A DNA stretch of 18,886 nucleotides from Spirochaetia bacterium (GCA_965203905.1 CBDBDQ010000001.1:1-18886); one strand, 5' to 3'; positions 1 to 9,659 are shown, counted from the first letter of the stretch. Numbers and translations: made by a program. Notes: a model not told the origin generated them from the letters alone.

Positions 1-2022
1 TCGTTCCTCTATCGGCGGCGCGGCAGCGGCTTCGCGGTGGACGCTCCGCTGCGGCTGCCGACCCGCCATGCGATGCAGGTGGCCCTGGCCGACCTGGACG
101 GGGACGGCATGAAGGAGGTGATCTTCTCCGGCGGCCACCAGGTACGGATCTTCTGGAACCGCGGCGGCCGCATCGCCCCGGACGTGCGTACGGTGCTGCC
201 GGTCGAGGGCACCTGGACGATGTTCGCCGAGGGCGCCGCCCGCATCGCCGCCGCCGACGTGGATGGGGATGGACGCGACGAGCTGCTGATCGCGGCGCAG
301 CGCGGGGTTGAGATCCGCTCCGCGGACGCCCTCGACCGGGTGCGCCAGCTCCTGCCTCTTACCTACTGCTCCTGGGTGCACGCCGCCGACCTGGACGGCG
401 ACGGCCGTGTCGACCTGATCGTCTCGCGGCGCGAGGATGGCCGCTCCTACGACACCGAGTCGGTGATCTACTGGAACGGCCCGGAGGGGTTCTCGGCGCA
501 GCGGGTCGAGCGGCTGCCGACCGGCGGCGCCATCGGCTGCACCGCCGCCGACCTGGACGGCGACGGCCGTCCGGAGGTGGTGTTCAACAACACCATGGCC
601 GGCCCCTCGCAGAACGATCCCGAGTTCCCGGTGTACGTCTACCCGGGCGGGCCGGGCGGGCGCTTCGACCCGGAGCGGCGCCAGGAGCTGCCCACCGGCG
701 GCAGCAACACCTACATCGTCGCCGACCTCGACCAGGACGGCCATGCCGACCTGGTGTGCACCGCGCGCGCGGGTCTGCGCGTGTTCCACGGCGGTCCGGA
801 CGGCCTGCGAGCGGACCGCTACACCGACCTGCGCGCCGCTGGCCAGAACATGCATTACGTGCAGGTGGGCGACTTCAACCGCAACGGCTGGCTTGACCTG
901 CTGGCGGTGGCCTACACCTACGATGACAAGCCCGCCACCATGGCCGCCTCGTCGGTGATCTATCACGGTTCACCACAGGGCTTTTCCAGCGCCCGCTGCA
1001 CCTCGTTGCCCACCTACACCAAGGGCAACGCCCGCGTCGCCGACCTGGACGGCGACGGCTGGCTGGACGTGATCTGCTACGACGTGCGCGGCTACCTGGC
1101 CATCTATCACGGCGGCCCCCACGGCTTCTTCGCCCAGCGCGTGAGCCGCATTCCCCTGGATATCGGCGGGCCGGGCAACGTGGCCGCCATCAACTGCGCC
1201 GACCTCACCGGCAACGGCAGCCTGGACCTGATCGTGGTGGTGATGGGCCACTACACCCGTATCGACAGCGGCTTCTTCATTCTCTACGGCAGCCCGGAAG
1301 GATACTCCCAGGAGCGCGGCGAGTTTCACCGCACCGAGGCTTCCAGCATCCTGCTGACCGTTGCCGACGTGAATCGCGACGGCCACCTGGACCTGCTGGT
1401 GCCGGCCTATTCCACGCCGGCCAGTCGCGTGTTGCCGGCGCACCTCTACTGGGGCACCCCCGGCGGCATCGACTACGACCGGCCGACGGTGATCGACTGC
1501 GACGCGAGCTGCGCCTTCCAGGTGGTGGACACCACCGGCAACGGCTGGCGCGACGTGTTCGCCGTGTGCCACCGCACCGACCTCGGCCACCGCGTGGACT
1601 CCCTGTTGTTTCGCAACGGACCCGACGGGCTCGACCTGGCACACCCCACGCGACTGCCAGGCATGGGCCCCCACCTGAGCACGCCGCGCGACTTCGGCAA
1701 CGCGTTCACCCGCGAGCCGTGCGAGCGCTACCGTTCCCCGGTGTACGAGCTGGCCGGCAGGCGGCCGGTGCGGGTGGATTGGAGCGCGAGCACCCCGCCG
1801 CGCACCGCGGTCGAGCTGCAGCTCCGCTGGGCCGGCTCACGCGCGGAGCTGGAGCGGGCGCCGTGGCGCGGCGCGAACGGCCCGGGCAGCACCTTCCGGG
1901 TGCCCGGCGCGGTGGCGGACTTCCGCGGGCCGCAGCGCTGGCTGCAGTACCAGGCCACGCTCACCTCCCTCGACGGGTGCCACACCCCGTCGCTGCGGGA
2001 AGTGACGGTCGAGTTTGCCTAG
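1..2022 (+). CDS. FG-GAP/VCBS repeat beta-propeller protein with C-terminal beta-rich domain, probably 5'-truncated by the window edge
   Basis: The frame is open from base 1 (SFLYRRRGSGFAVDAP...) to TAG at 2020-2022. It has ten DxxxD/NG Ca-binding-type motifs: DLDGDGMKEV, DVDGDGRDEL, DLDGDGRVDL, DLDGDGRPEV, DLDQDGHADL, DFNRNGWLDL, DLDGDGWLDV, DLTGNGSLDL, DVNRDGHLDL, DTTGNGWRDV. Third codon positions are strongly G/C. Confidence 0.92.
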   Translation, partial: SFLYRRRGSGFAVDAPLRLPTRHAMQVALADLDGDGMKEVIFSGGHQVRIFWNRGGRIAPDVRTVLPVEGTWTMFAEGAARIAAADVDGDGRDELLIAAQRGVEIRSADALDRVRQLLPLTYCSWVHAADLDGDGRVDLIVSRREDGRSYDTESVIYWNGPEGFSAQRVERLPTGGAIGCTAADLDGDGRPEVVFNNTMAGPSQNDPEFPVYVYPGGPGGRFDPERRQELPTGGSNTYIVADLDQDGHADLVCTARAGLRVFHGGPDGLRADRYTDLRAAGQNMHYVQVGDFNRNGWLDLLAVAYTYDDKPATMAASSVIYHGSPQGFSSARCTSLPTYTKGNARVADLDGDGWLDVICYDVRGYLAIYHGGPHGFFAQRVSRIPLDIGGPGNVAAINCADLTGNGSLDLIVVVMGHYTRIDSGFFILYGSPEGYSQERGEFHRTEASSILLTVADVNRDGHLDLLVPAYSTPASRVLPAHLYWGTPGGIDYDRPTVIDCDASCAFQVVDTTGNGWRDVFAVCHRTDLGHRVDSLLFRNGPDGLDLAHPTRLPGMGPHLSTPRDFGNAFTREPCERYRSPVYELAGRRPVRVDWSASTPPRTAVELQLRWAGSRAELERAPWRGANGPGSTFRVPGAVADFRGPQRWLQYQATLTSLDGCHTPSLREVTVEFA

Positions 2023-2043
2023 CCGGCGGCGATTCGGTAGGGT
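2015..2043 (+). promoter_or_regulatory. Candidate sigma70 promoter for a leaderless transcript starting at ATG 2050
   Basis: TTGCCT (2015-2020), 17 nt, TAGGGT (2038-2043), 6 nt, then ATG 2050, with no Shine-Dalgarno. Confidence 0.5.
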
Positions 2044-2049
2044 CCGGGC

Positions 2050-2343
2050 ATGGTAGTCGAAGGGATCGATGTCGATGCGTTGATCGACGCAGCGGTGCTG
2101 GCGGAGTACCGCGAGCGCGGCTACTGGCGCAGCCCGAGGCTGTTCGACGAGCACACCACCGCCCGGTTGCGGCGCGCCCACGAGCGCCTCTGGGGCGGCG
2201 ACTTCGACCACCCGATCCCGTCGCAGCACGGACCGCCCCGCGACGAGCCGGATGCCACCGCGGTGCGCCAGCAGTGCAACGCGTTCTGGCTCAACGACGA
2301 GATCCGCGCGGCGACCACCAGGCCGCGATCGCCTGACTCGTAG
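2050..2343 (+). pseudogene. N-terminal fragment of a phytanoyl-CoA dioxygenase (PhyH) family gene
   Basis: The N-terminus is typical of PhyH (LAEYRERGYWRSPRLFD...ARLRRAHERL; VRQQCNAFWLNDEIR) but stops after 97 aa, before any HxD iron motif. A decayed continuation (AIA*LVAG) lies in a shifted frame at 2325-2348. Confidence 0.7.
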
Positions 2344-2358
2344 CGGGGCGCTGCCGGC

Positions 2359-5300
2359 ATGGGCGCCATCCACAAGATCCGCATTCACTGGGGCTACTAC
2401 ATGCAGTATGCGCCGTACCCCTGGCAGCACGCGGGTTATGCCTGGGATGGCGCGATCGGCGTAGACCGGGGAGCAATACGACGCTGCTGGCGCATCGACT
2501 TCAGCGGCTACTACGGTGATGTCCGCGAAACTCTCGTCGCACTGGAAACGCCGCAGTGGGATTGGGAACCGCCGACCGCCCAGAACCGCCTCGGGGGCAT
2601 CCTGTTCGAACTGGAGGGTGATGCTCGCTCCCGGGTGCGGTTTATCACCAGGTCCATCGTATTCGAATTCAGCGTCGGCGAGCTGATCGACCGCGGCGTG
2701 ATCCGCAGACACCTGGGACAGCCGTACAGCAACGTCGACGTCACCGTGATCCGCGACGGCTTCGATCCGCTGCTTGATCAAGACCAGGAACTGGAGGCGA
2801 TGACCAGAGCCGACGGCCGTCTGCGCCGGATGGTCCACGCCGGAGATCTCGCGGCGCCGGTGCACCGGTGGTTTCGAGCGGACTGGGCCTGGGCGCCGCC
2901 CGGCCATCATGTCGGGCTCGCCATCGACGTTTCCGACCATCGCCCCGACGGTCGGACGGAGTCGGGCGATCCCATGCTACGGCTTCTTCAGGTGACATTC
3001 CGCTGCGTCGCCGCCGCCGTCGATCCCGGAGAGCCCATTGATCGCGTCGTGCAGCGGGGGTCCGCCCACCGCCCCGGGAATGCCGGCGACGTGGCCTCCC
3101 TGCCGTACAGCATCTTCGTCTCGGGGCAGGAAGCATGCCGGGCGGAGCAGTCGTTCCGGGACCAGAATGTTCCGTTGATCGAAGAGCTCTCCGTGGCGAT
3201 ACCGTGGCAGTCCCTGCAGGCCGGCTGCGCCGAGGTCAGGCTGCAGAACAGGAGTGCAACGGACTATCTCCTGGTCGGCCGGGTGTACCTGGAGGAGGTG
3301 CGGCGCGGAGTCCTGGAAATCCACTCCTGCCCGCGGTGGGTCCGGCAGGGGCACGAATCCGAGCTCGTGCTCGACTGCTGCCGGGAGCAGGAGGAAGTGT
3401 CGGTCGACGTCCCCGCCGGGCTGGTGCTGCTCACCGCGACGCCGGCGACACTGTCCCGGGGCAGGCACCGGATCAGGTTCAGGGCGGACGCGCCGCTGTG
3501 CGATGCGGCAATCGTCGTCGCTACGGAATCGTGCCGGCGCGAGGCGCTGATCGAACAGGTCATCGCCGTCGAGCAGGAGTGCTGTCCGATGAGGATCGGA
3601 TTCGAGGACTCGACGCATCAGCCCGACGTGCCCGGATACCGGGAAGAGATCATTCGCCACTTCGCGGAGACGCAGCTGGGCGACCTGTACATGCTGCGCG
3701 TGGGGCACAGCGACCGGCGGGCCCTGGAACTGGCGCGGTATTGCCGAGACCACGGCATCTACGTTCAGACCGACGCCACCTCCCCGCCGCAACGGGTGAG
3801 CGCCATCCGGCGCGAGATCGGCGACTACCTGCTGTGCCATCACTGGGGCGAGAGCGACGGCTTCCTGTGGGGTTACGCCGCGCGACCCGAGTACCACCAC
3901 GTGAGCGTGCCCGAGAGTGAGCGAACGATGCGTTCCGCCCACGACGACTTCGTCGCCTACTTCCGGCGCATGGCAGATGCCACCCGCGGCGCCGATCCAC
4001 TGGTGCAACCGTGGGTGCTGTTCTCGGCGGTCGGGATCGGCTGCGCCTACGAAGCCGGGATGGCCGCCGGGCTGTCACAGTTCAACAAGAGCAACAACGC
4101 CCTGCTGGTGGCGGACGCCCGTGGGGCCGCGCGCGCCCACGGCAAGCCGTTCTGGGGAACCTACCAGGCCGAGGGAGCGCACGTAAGCCCGGAGGGAGAC
4201 CAGCACCTCCGCATGTGGTGGCTGTCCCTGCACCTGGCATATGTCGCCGGCGCCGCCCAGGTTGCCGACGAGGAATGCCTCTACCGAGCGTACCATCAGC
4301 GTTCCTATGGGCGCAATGACCGCATCCCCAGGCTGCGCCGGCAGATTCTGCGCGACTTCTGCCGCTACGTGAGAACCCACCCCAGGAAGGGCGACATCAG
4401 AACCAACCAGGCGTGCCTGATCGGCCGCTACGCCTGCGACGTCGTGGACGGCATCAGCCGCACGGACCAGCATGGGGATCGCGAACCGGTCGTGTGGCGC
4501 AGTTTCGGCGGCTGGGGCGAGGAGTGGAAACCTTCGACCCCGGAGTACGGCCTGCGCTACCTCGATGCGTTTCTTCCCGGCGTGTGGCTGCAGACGCTGC
4601 AGCTCCCTCCGGAACGCGTCCGACGCTGGTTCTGCGGCACGCCGCTCGGTGAAATCGAACTCATACCGATCGATGCGCCGGCGCAGGTCCTGTCCGCCTT
4701 TCCGTTGCTACTTCTGCTCGGCTGGAACACCATGGACGAGGACCAGTACGCCGGTCTGAGGAGCTATGTCGAACACGGCGGAAAGCTCTTCATGAGTGTT
4801 CCGCACGCCACCATGAACGAGTCGCGGCAGTTTCTGGTCAACGATCTCGAGCCCCTCAACCTGGTGTGCGCTGGCGACTTTGCGGATCTGTTCGGAGCCA
4901 GGGTCACCGGCCGCGGCGACAAGCTCGGCCGGCTCCGTGGAGAACAGGATGTTGCAGACAATCCGGTGCAGGCCATATTCCAGTGGCCCACGATCAATCA
5001 ACATCCCGCGGAAGGTCCGTTGCATCCGCCGCCGGACCTCGCGAAGATCGAGCTCTGCGGGGCCGAAGTACTGGTGCGAGACGCCGATTCGGGAGCGCCG
5101 GTTCTGGTCCGCAGCCGGGTCGGAGAGGGGGAAGCGTACCTGTTGTGCACGTACGAGTATCCGGGCAACTCCTACCTCGCCCCTCTGATGAAGCCCCTGG
5201 TAAGGGCACTGTCGAGATCGGTGGCCACGGCCGTTGAGTTGGAAGATCCAAGCGGCGACATCTACTTCACCGTCCGCCACGATCAGAAGAGCGGAATCTC

Positions 5301-5368
5301 ACGGCTGCACCTGCTCAACACCGACTGGACCGAAGCCGGCAACGAAAAGGTGTGTCGCATTCGGCTAG
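2359..5368 (+). pseudogene. Large hypothetical glycoside-hydrolase-like protein, N-terminal 1003 codons, interrupted by IS
   Basis: Long ORF with coding bias. The segment LLLLLGWNTMDEDQYAGLRSYVEHGGKLFMS...PVLVRSRVGEGEAYL resembles the GH42 beta-galactosidase trimerisation (GATase-like) domain. Residues after ...KVCRIRL are read-through into the IS. Confidence 0.75.
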
Positions 5369-5384
5369 CGCAAGTTGAGCATTT
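5369..5384. repeat. IS terminal inverted repeat (downstream of the transposase)
   Basis: CGCAAGTTGAGCATTT, the reverse complement of 7436-7451 with one mismatch. Confidence 0.9.
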
Positions 5385-5433
5385 GTCAGACGGATATTGT
5401 TGCTGTGCCGAAAGTTGGCATTTTTGTTTGTCA

Positions 5434-7260
5434 CTACAATCGGCTCCTCCCTGGCATCGGCGGGGTGGCCGGTATCCGCAGCGCCCGGTAAATCTTGCGC
5501 TGCTCCAACTCCGGCTGCGAAGGTCGCCGCACCCGCAGGACCGTCCCGTCGGTGCACTGGTGCACGATGGTCACCATCTGATGGGTTGACAACAGGTCCC
5601 GGATCGTCGGCCAGGAGCGATGGTCGCCGTTCTCCTGCAGGCGCCGTTCGATGGCATGCAGCAGGTGGTAGGCCAGCAACGAGATGAAAATGTGCGCGTC
5701 CGCGCGCTCGGTGCGCTGATGGAATACCGGGCGGATCCCCAAGTTGCTCTTCAGGTAGCGAAATGAGCGTTCGATGCGCGCCAGCAGCACGTACAGCTTC
5801 CAGAGGTCGGCTTCCGTCAAGTCGGTGCGATCGGTGCGCAGCAGATAAGTCCCGTCAAGCTCCTCGGCGAGTTGCCGCTGGGCGTCCTTCCGGGCCCACC
5901 TGACCTCTGCTCGGCCCTCCTCATCGGTGAGCATCTGCACCGTGTAGTAGCGCGCCACGCGCGGATAGCGCCCCAGCAGGCGCCCGATGGCCTGGTTGAT
6001 CTTCTCCGGCTGCTTCAACCGACCAGCCGCCACCCGTGCCGTGAGCTTGTTGGCATCCTGTTCGAACCGTTGCTCGAACCGCTGCCGTATCGCGCCATCC
6101 TTGGCCGCCCGAGCGACGCTGTGGCACAGCACATACAGCTCGCCCTGATGTAACCGCAACTGGCCGGAGACCACGGTCCTGCCTTTCGCGTCCACTTTCA
6201 CCGGCACGTATCGGCAGGCGTCAATCTCGGGAAACAACTCGTGGCGCTCGCTCTGCTGGCTGGCAACGATGTAGTGCTGGCCGCGCGCCCGCAGCAGGTT
6301 CAGATTCTCGTCGCTGGCCAGACCACGGTCCATGATCACCGTGGGTTGACTCGGCCACCCGGCGATGCTGCCGCTGCGGCGGTCCAGGCTGGCGAGCATC
6401 TGCGGCATGCTGTTCTCGTCTTTGGTGTTGCCGGTGAACACCTCGTGCGCCTTCGGGAACCCCTCGCCATCCAGCACCAGACCGACCACCACCTGCCTGC
6501 AGTCGGGCCGATGATCGCGCGAGTACCCGTGCGCCGCCTTCTTGTTGCGCGTCGCGATGCCCTCGAAGTACGTCGAAGACAGGTCGTAGAGGATGATCGT
6601 TTCTTCCAGCGCGAACAGTTCGCGCTCGCGCGCTGCCAACCCGGTCTCGATAGCGACTCGGTGCTCATACAACTGATCGGAGATCCGGTACAGCGCATCT
6701 TTATTGACGCTCGGCACGCGGTCGGGCATCAGTTCAGCGAGCGCCGTGCGCGCAAACCAGCCCGCGGTGCCGCGCTCACTGCGTGGCGCTATCAGTCTGC
6801 CGGCCACCTGGATCTCGGCCAGCCGGCACTGCCGTGGCGAGAATCCGCAGCGCTGCAACAACTGGTCGCAGTGCAGGCGCTGCCAGAACACATGCGCGAC
6901 GTATTCCGGGCCGAGTTCGCGAACATGCTCACTGCTGCTGCGTTCGGGATATACCTCCTTGGCCGTTCCCTGTCCCTCCTGCTGCGCGCGGCGCCGCTGC
7001 TGTTTGTGGCGGATGCGTTCGGCGAACGGCGCTGCCAGTTGGTCCAGGTCAGAAGCTCCGAACGGAATCTGTTCCTGATGATTGAGCAGATCTTCGATGC
7101 GCTCGGCCAAGCGCGGCCACTCGGACTTGGGCAGCTCGAGGGTGCCGAGGCTCAAGACCAGCCGCTGGCGTGGGCCTTTATCGGTGCGTACCGACTCCAG
7201 GAGGCGGTGGTAGGTGTAGGAGCGACCGTTGCGGGAGACCTTGAGCTGGCCGATGAACAC
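5434..7260 (-). CDS. IS1634-family DDE transposase (about 608 aa from GTG 7260; the ORF track starts at 7278)
   Basis: N-terminal YHRLLESVRTDKGPRQRLVLSLG; DDE motifs LYDLSSTYFEG, VIMDRGL and IERSFRYLKS; GYSRDHRPDCRQVVVGL; LGIRPVFHQ...AHIFISLLAY. Confidence 0.92.
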   Translation of the reverse strand: MFIGQLKVSRNGRSYTYHRLLESVRTDKGPRQRLVLSLGTLELPKSEWPRLAERIEDLLNHQEQIPFGASDLDQLAAPFAERIRHKQQRRRAQQEGQGTAKEVYPERSSSEHVRELGPEYVAHVFWQRLHCDQLLQRCGFSPRQCRLAEIQVAGRLIAPRSERGTAGWFARTALAELMPDRVPSVNKDALYRISDQLYEHRVAIETGLAARERELFALEETIILYDLSSTYFEGIATRNKKAAHGYSRDHRPDCRQVVVGLVLDGEGFPKAHEVFTGNTKDENSMPQMLASLDRRSGSIAGWPSQPTVIMDRGLASDENLNLLRARGQHYIVASQQSERHELFPEIDACRYVPVKVDAKGRTVVSGQLRLHQGELYVLCHSVARAAKDGAIRQRFEQRFEQDANKLTARVAAGRLKQPEKINQAIGRLLGRYPRVARYYTVQMLTDEEGRAEVRWARKDAQRQLAEELDGTYLLRTDRTDLTEADLWKLYVLLARIERSFRYLKSNLGIRPVFHQRTERADAHIFISLLAYHLLHAIERRLQENGDHRSWPTIRDLLSTHQMVTIVHQCTDGTVLRVRRPSQPELEQRKIYRALRIPATPPMPGRSRL

Positions 7261-7268
7261 GCACCTGG

Positions 7269-7297
7269 AAGATACCAAAGGGGTGAAGATGAGTCAA
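7269..7297 (-). promoter_or_regulatory. Candidate sigma70 promoter of the transposase
   Basis: On the minus strand: TTGACT (7297-7292), 17 nt, TATCTT (7274-7269) with an extended -10 TGn, ending 8 nt before GTG 7260. Confidence 0.65.
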
Positions 7298-7435
7298 CGT
7301 ATTGGATCATACAAAAATGTAGATCCATGTGAGTTATAACTACACGCGAAATATCCGTCCGCTGGCACCGATCTTCTCGCCCTCAGACGCTCCTTTCACC
7401 GGTATCTCCACCAAATCTCGCCACCTTTCTCCAAA

Positions 7436-7451
7436 AAATGATCAACTTGCG
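7436..7451. repeat. IS terminal inverted repeat (upstream of the transposase)
   Basis: AAATGATCAACTTGCG, whose reverse complement is CGCAAGTTGATCATTT. Confidence 0.9.
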
Positions 7452-7775
7452 CTAGACGACAGTTGGATCGGGCTGGCGGTGAGAGAAGGGCGCATCAGCG
7501 AGGTCGTATGGCTGGAAGACTTCGTGGTCCTGGTTGAAGGTCCCGGCGTCCATGTGGAACGCATCGAGCAGACGAGCGACGGCTTTGAGATGGAGATCCA
7601 TGGCCACGGGGAGACCGAGCTGCTCACCCAACTCATCAGTCATCGCCGTGGAGACCCGTGGACACTGAGCGGAGCGGGAACCGCCAGCGGCAAGCGCGGA
7701 GCATGGGATGCTGTCCAGGTCGCTTTCGCCGCCTGCAGCGTAGAAAGCATCAAGCTCACCACCGCAATGGCGTGA
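7452..7775 (+). pseudogene. C-terminal 107 codons of the IS-interrupted large gene
   Basis: Removing the IS and one CTAG gives CGG CTA GAC GAC AGT TGG (R-L-D-D-S-W), in frame with ATG 2359 and continuing to TGA 7773-7775. Confidence 0.85.
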
Positions 7776-7971
7776 GAGGCCGCGGAGGCGAGGAATGGCC
7801 GCCTGAGCGGCGCACCAACGAGGAGGGATTGGGGATGAGACGTTACCTTCAACGAATATTCCCGACCGCGGCCTGGAGGTGTTGACGCACGAGACGTGGC
7901 AGATGATGGTGAGCACCAATTTGGCCGGGGTAGCAACGGACGGGATGGGGCAACGCCCATGGAGGATGCGG

Positions 7972-8745
7972 ATGGCGACGCTGAGATTGCGGGTTCGATA
8001 CTTTCAAGACAGTACCCCGGAGGGTGTGCCCTGCCGAGAGGAGCACTTCATCCGGCGCGAGATCGCCATGGATCTGCCGGTGGACCAGACGGCCCTGGTG
8101 CTGGTGGACGTGTGGAACGCGCACTTCATAGAAAGCTGGCTGGATCGGGCAGCGCGGGTGACGCGGGAGGCGGTGGCGCCGGTACTGCAGCACGCCCGTG
8201 AAGTCGGGATCACGGTGGTGCACGCGCCGAGCCCGGGCGTGGCCGAGCGATTCCCCCAGCTCAAGCGCCACACACCGCCCGAGCCGCGCCCGGATCCCGC
8301 CTGGCCCCCTGCGGAATTCCGGCTTCGTCAGGGGGTATATGCCGCCTATCGGGGCCCGCGCAGCCAGCCACCGGGGATTCCTGACATCCCCGACCTGGGC
8401 ATGTCGCCGGCCATCGCCGTGCGCGACGAGGAGTTCGTGATCGCCACGGGGCAACAGTTGCACGACCTGCTGGTGGAACGCCGCATCCTGCATCTGCTGT
8501 TCGTGGGCTTTGCCACCAATTGGTGCATCCGCAACCGCGACTACGGGATGCCGGCCATGGCCAGCCGCAGCTACAACACGATCCTGCTTCGGGATGCGAC
8601 CATGGGAGTGGAGTATCCCGACACGGTGGAGACCTGCCTGGCAACCGAGATCGCCATCCGGGAATGTGAACAGCAGAACGGATTCTCGGCGTCGAACGCG
8701 GATTTCTTCGCCGCCTGTGCGGCCGTGGGGAGGTCCGGCCCATGA
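7972..8745 (+). CDS. Isochorismatase/nicotinamidase-like cysteine hydrolase (about 257 aa)
   Basis: TALVLVDVWN (catalytic Asp), AREVGITVVHAP, LLFVGFATNWCI (nucleophile Cys), ILLRDAT. GGAGG at 7961-7965 favours ATG 7972 over the upstream TTG 7879. Confidence 0.85.
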   Translation: MATLRLRVRYFQDSTPEGVPCREEHFIRREIAMDLPVDQTALVLVDVWNAHFIESWLDRAARVTREAVAPVLQHAREVGITVVHAPSPGVAERFPQLKRHTPPEPRPDPAWPPAEFRLRQGVYAAYRGPRSQPPGIPDIPDLGMSPAIAVRDEEFVIATGQQLHDLLVERRILHLLFVGFATNWCIRNRDYGMPAMASRSYNTILLRDATMGVEYPDTVETCLATEIAIRECEQQNGFSASNADFFAACAAVGRSGP

Positions 8746-8909
8746 ACTCGCCCAGCTTTCCTCGCGACCACGGAGCGGACTTCCTGGCCTGAAGCAGCCG
8801 CGCCGAAAGCAGCGGCCAATCGGGCCACGAGCTGCCCCGAGCGATCGGCTCGAGCGCGATGGCGACCTGACGCACAGAGACGGCAGACGGGGCCGAGAGC
8901 GGCGCGCGG

Positions 8910-8938
8910 TTGACAACCAGCCGGGGCCGCCGTAGCCT
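8910..8938 (+). promoter_or_regulatory. Candidate sigma70 promoter upstream of the orphan gene and ABC cassette
   Basis: TTGACA (8910-8915), 17 nt, TAGCCT (8933-8938). Confidence 0.65.
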
Positions 8939-8988
8939 GCTGACTTTAGGGTCCGGCCCGCCGGCCCGCCTCGACCCACCAGCGGGAG

Positions 8989-9045
8989 CATCCCGGGAAG
9001 GAGCTAAGCCGCCGTGCGATGAGCGAGCACGTGGTTACCATATTC
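8989..9045 (+). repeat. Diverged intergenic direct repeat, copy A
   Basis: CATCCCGGGAAGGAGCTAAGCCGCCGTGCGATGAGCGAGCACGTGGTTACCATATTC aligns ungapped with 9712-9768 at 43/57 identities by hand count. Confidence 0.75.
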
Positions 9046-9113
9046 CGCCGCCTGGCAGCCAGCGTCTCCCCGCTGCAAGGACCGATGGGAATGAGCTTGC
9101 AAGAACCTAAACA

Positions 9114-9659
9114 ATGAAAAAACTACTAACAGCACTACTACTGTTTTTTGCGATTCAACTACCTTCTTTTGCAGAAGGAGAAACTGAAATTACTCTTACC
9201 ATTGATGGTTTGAGTGTAAGTCTAACTGACGGGGTATCCTCGATTGTTCTTCCAAGATTATCTGATTCAAAGAATCCTTTGATTGGAAGATGGGATCTCA
9301 TCAAGTTTGATTCATCTTACCTCAGAACTGTTGAATTTAATCATAATCAAATTGGCAGGTTTTTTAGATACCACAGCGGATCAGGGACACCTTACAGATT
9401 TCGAGGGATTTCCGGAGACTGGGAACTGCAAAGAGAATTCCGGTGGTCCTATCAGTTGTTTGAGGGGAAGAGAGGGGCAATTCTGACTGTGCATGGTAGT
9501 GAGAGAAGGTATTACATCTTCAGAATAATCAATAATAATCTGATGTTTATTCTTGAAGCAAATGTTAGCAACAACAGACTGTATAAAAAAACTGGAGTTC
9601 TTTTTCTTCTTGTGAGAGTGGGTTCAGATCTTTTTTACGAATTCAGGGAGGCGAATTAA
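9114..9659 (+). CDS. Hypothetical secreted protein, 181 aa, low GC
   Basis: Sec-type signal MKKLLTALLLFFAIQLPSFA|E and a lipocalin-like LIGRWDLIK motif. Three 60-nt lines counted by hand have 19-28 G+C each, far below the flanks. Confidence 0.75.
   Translation: MKKLLTALLLFFAIQLPSFAEGETEITLTIDGLSVSLTDGVSSIVLPRLSDSKNPLIGRWDLIKFDSSYLRTVEFNHNQIGRFFRYHSGSGTPYRFRGISGDWELQREFRWSYQLFEGKRGAILTVHGSERRYYIFRIINNNLMFILEANVSNNRLYKKTGVLFLLVRVGSDLFYEFREAN

Larger units (their letters stand above)
5369..7451 (-). mobile_element. IS1634-family insertion sequence, 2083 bp
   Basis: Terminal inverted repeats CGCAAGTTGAGCATTT (5369-5384) and AAATGATCAACTTGCG (7436-7451) match at 15/16. CTAG flanks both sides (5365-5368 and 7452-7455). 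A single DDE transposase ORF lies inside. Confidence 0.93.

Noticed and set aside
5369-5589. C-terminal extension of the 1076-aa ORF
   Set aside because: It is read-through into the IS, antisense to the transposase end.
7332-7341. Palindrome AGTTATAACT in the IS leader as an outward promoter or operator
   Set aside because: There is no matching -35 element, and it is too short to assign a function without other IS copies.
7329-7775. 148-aa ORF as an independent gene
   Set aside because: Its first 41 codons are IS sequence, and the rest is the in-frame tail of the interrupted gene.
7819-7885. SD-led 16-codon ORF MRRYLQRIFPTAAWRC as a third copy of the 57-bp element
   Set aside because: Only scattered short words (GATGAG, GTTACC, ATATTCC) match, and they need several gaps.
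8945-9000. Resemblance to a ykkC/guanidine-I riboswitch (TAGGGTCCG...CACCAGCGGGAGCATCCCGGGAAG) just after a promoter
   Set aside because: It lacks the GGTCCGAG strand and the A-rich loop, and the downstream genes are not guanidine-related. An Infernal search against Rfam ykkC models would settle it.
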